A stretch of 64,000 nucleotides of DNA from Octopus vulgaris (taxonomy: Eukaryota). Positions 53,701 through 57,766 of this stretch are shown one piece after another. Both the position numbers and the translations under genes were made by a program. Below the pieces are notes generated by a model. It was given only the letters and a program-made list of their open reading frames with translations, had not been told where the DNA came from and searched no databases. The stretch spans positions 20,088,001 through 20,152,000 of the forward strand of contig OX597829.1 in NCBI GenBank assembly GCA_951406725.2. The letters run 5' to 3'. Position 1 is the first letter of the stretch; every line of letters begins with the position of its first letter.

Positions 53701-56700
53701 TAATGATTTTTTTTTTCCAGACCATATTTCTAAGGTTGACGTCCATCCAGAAGACTTTATTTCTAAGAAGCTCACTAATAAAGTGGGACAACAAATACAG
53801 GTAAGTTTCTATTATATTTTAAATTTGTTTTTCCTTTTTATGCTGATTTCTATTCTCAAAATACATGTATTTTGTATTAATATGGTTGATAATTGAGTTT
53901 AATACTTATAACTGTCACTATATTTGTTTTAAAATATAACATTCTCTCTTTACTTCATTGTAATAGTCTTGCTTAGTTTTGTTTATGTCTTGATAAGAAA
54001 AGGTTTTTTTTTTTTTTTGCATATTAAAACCTGTAATAAATCAAAATTATTATGCAATAGTAATCTTTTACAATTACTGCTGGAAACTATTTGAATTAGC
54101 TTTATTTCCATTTTGTGAAAGCAGTAAACATTTAAATATATATTAAAGACAATATTTATCTTATGAAAATATTTATAAAAGTTTTAAGGCAGGTGGGGAT
54201 TGCTTAATATTATCTAATATTTGATCTTTTTTTTTTTTTTTCTCTAAGGACCCACTAGTGTTAGCTAGCAATGCATTACCTGATTGGTGTGAACAGCTAA
54301 CAAAATGGTGCCCCATGCTCTTCCCATTTGAAACCAAGCAACTGTATTTCAGCTGCACAGCTTTTGGAACGTCAAGGTAAGAATTACTGCAAGAATATGA
54401 AAACTCTGGAGTTATGTAAACTTCTATTACACTCCCCCACTTTTTTTTTTTTCTGCTATGAGCTATGTTTATTTCATTCATTAATGAGTCTGTGCATCAA
54501 ATTTCTGAATTTTCCTTTTTATGTACTTCAGAGCTATTGTATGGTTACAAAATAAGAGAGATGCTGTTCTTGAAAGAAATAGAGGGCCAACACCAAGAAG
54601 GGATGATACACATGAATACCGAATAGGTCGACTAAAGCATGAGAGAGTCAAGGTTCCTCGTGGAGACCAGTTACTAGAATGGGCCCTTCAGGTTATGCGT
54701 TTCCATTCTCGCAGAAAATCCATTTTAGAAGTAAGTTGTTAGTTTTGGATTTTTCTAATCTCAGTTTATTATTTGCACTGGATGAAAACTAACGTCACTT
54801 CTTAAACTATTGTAGTGAGCTATTGAGATCTTGGTTACACACTGCTAGTCATAGACTATGAACTGTCAAAACTTTCTTGTAGGCTGATTACCTTATCTAC
54901 TTAGTTACATCTCTTATTGTTTGATTTTTATGATATGCATTATCTTTATACAATGCTTGCGCTTTTGCAGATTGAATTCATTGGGGAGGAAGGCACAGGA
55001 CTTGGACCTACACTTGAATTCTATGCTCTTATTGCTGCAGAATTGCAAAGGAAATCTCTTGGGCTTTGGTTGTGTGATGATGATATTGTTGACACTACTG
55101 AACGTGAGGTGAATAAATTTTTATTTTTCTAATTAATATATGATTAAATACGAAATCTTTTACACTTAGTTGGGGAAAAAAAAGAGAATTCAGAAAAATG
55201 CTAATGTGTCATGCTTTTAATATCCATTACTTTCATATATTCAACTTTTTTTAAATCTAAGTAAACCTTTTTTTAAGACTATGTAAATATTCTTTTATTA
55301 ATATTTTTTTAGGTTGATATTGGTCATGGTGTGAAAGCTCCTGGATATTATGTACAGCGTGCTGGTGGACTTTTTCCTGCACCAATTCCACAAGACAGTT
55401 CAGATTTAGAGAGAATAGAATCTCTGTTCTATTTTCTTGGAACACTCCTTGCAAAATGTATTCAAGATAATCGACTAATTGATTTACCATTGTCTAAGCC
55501 ATTTTTAAAAATGATGTGTTATGGTGGATCAGTTAGACAGACCAGTAAACACTGTTCATACATGCCTTCACAGCGTAATAGTAGCCCTTGTGAGTCATTT
55601 TGGACAAATGAAGATCTAATTTCAAGTAGTGAATATGTTGATAAAGAACTTATTCTTGATCCACCTAAAACATATCAAAATACTGGGCCACCTTGGTATG
55701 CTGGTATCTTAAAAGAAGAAGATTTTGCTCTTGTTGATCCCCACCGTGCATATTTTCTCAGCCAACTGAAGGAATTGAGTACCCGCAAACAAAATATATT
55801 AAAGAAACCAATATCAAAAGGTCAGAAAAATTTACTCATGCAGGACCTCAGAATTCCTCCCCCTTCTCCAGATTCAGAAAATGGTGTTCGCCTAGAAGAT
55901 CTTGGGTAATTATTATCACTTATTATTTTTTTTCCTTTCTTCAAATTTTCTTCTGTTTCTTGCCAAGTGTTTTCCATACACCTAAGGCAGAGAAGCTTGT
56001 ATGCATTCCCAAACTACACACGTAAATTCACAGGTAAAATATGTATTTAAAATATTAATAAGTAAATAAATTCATGAATGGATGTTGTTTTCACAGCAAT
56101 AATACTCTTCTCAGTACATGAGCCGTTCCAGTTAACACGATTTATTATTATTATTTGCCAAGGTTGATTTTTGCCTTTCACTCTTGTCAATCAAATAAAG
56201 TTGAGCACTGGAATCAATGAAATCAACTAGATCCCACCCCAAAATTTCAGGCCTTGTGCCTAAAGTAGCAAGGATTGGTTGTTGTTGTTGTTGAATTAAT
56301 GTTGGTTGAGTTTTTCCTATAAAAAAAATAAGCCTAATTAAAAATGGTGGTAAATACTTTTTCATTAGTCAGCTGCATTTCATTTCATTTCATTTGGATC
56401 TTTCATGTTATACACTGGCACAACATATTAATGAATTAGCATGTTGAAATTAGATAATTAGAAGCCTAAATGCCGTTTTCTTTGAGGATTGCTACATTGA
56501 TAACAATAATAATAATAATAGAAATAAGAATTAAGATTTGTTGACAAACTTATATCAGGACATAGCTACTAAAAATAATGTGGTATAAAGGTCAGTATTT
56601 CTACCACTATTTTAAAACATTTGATTTGATGTTTGCTCAATCTTTTTCTTCCTCTCTAACTTTTTTTTTTTTTTTTTTTTTTGCCAGCTTGACGTTCCAA

Positions 56701-57676
56701 TTCAATCCTTCATCCAGAGTTTATGGCTATACCTCAATTAATCTCCGCCCTGGAGGAGATGAACAGGTCAGTTGAAAACCGTATAAATACCAATTTAAGA
56801 CTGAAAGGAGAAACAGGTTCAATGAGTGGGCTCAAACCACTCATTGCCCAATGATTGATTAAAAATATAATTAATATTTCATAATCAGGCCTATTTTTCC
56901 TCTGGCATAAACTGATGCTTAAAATGTCGAATACAATTTATAAATGTTTTTGAATACTTTTTTTTTTTAAGCCTAAACAATCCAAGTTATGAAAAAATAA
57001 TTAATATGCATAGGCACCGGCATGGCTATGTGGTAATAAGCTTGCTTCCCAATTTCATGGTTCTGGGTTTAGTTCCACTGCGTGATACCTTGGGCAAGTG
57101 TCTTCTTCTATAGCCCTGGGCCAACCAACGACTTAAGAGTTGATTTGGTAGACAGAAACTGAAAGAAGCCCGTCATATACATATGTGTATATTTGTGTCT
57201 GCTTATCCCTCCAGCATCACTTGACAACCGACATTGGTGTGTTTACACCCCCATAACTTAACAGTTTGGCAAAGGAGCCTGATAGAATAAATACTAGGCT
57301 TACAAAGTCTTGTGGTCGATTTCTTTGGCTAAAATACCCTTAAAGGCAGTATTCCAGCATGGCTGCAATCAAATGACTGAAACCAGTAAAAGAATACAGG
57401 TCAATGGTTAGTGCTCTTACCTGATATTTCAATATTTCAGGATTGTCTGTGGAGAAAAGGCGTTCTTAACTGATGTCTCTCAGCTATTCATTTACTTGTT
57501 TCAGTCATTTGACTGCAGCCATGCTGGAGCACCACCTTTAGTCAAACAAATTGACCCCAGGACTTATTCTTTGTAAGCTTGGTACTTATTCTATTGATCT
57601 CTTTTGCAGAACCAAGTTACGGGGAGATAAACATACCAACATCGGTTGTCAGGGAATGGTGGGGGGACAAACATAT

Positions 57677-57766
<90 letters not shown>

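Noticed and set aside
56820-56846. 10-bp hairpin CAATGAGTGG/CCACTCATTG downstream of exon 40
   Set aside because: A short stem that can arise by chance in 64 kb; no further support.
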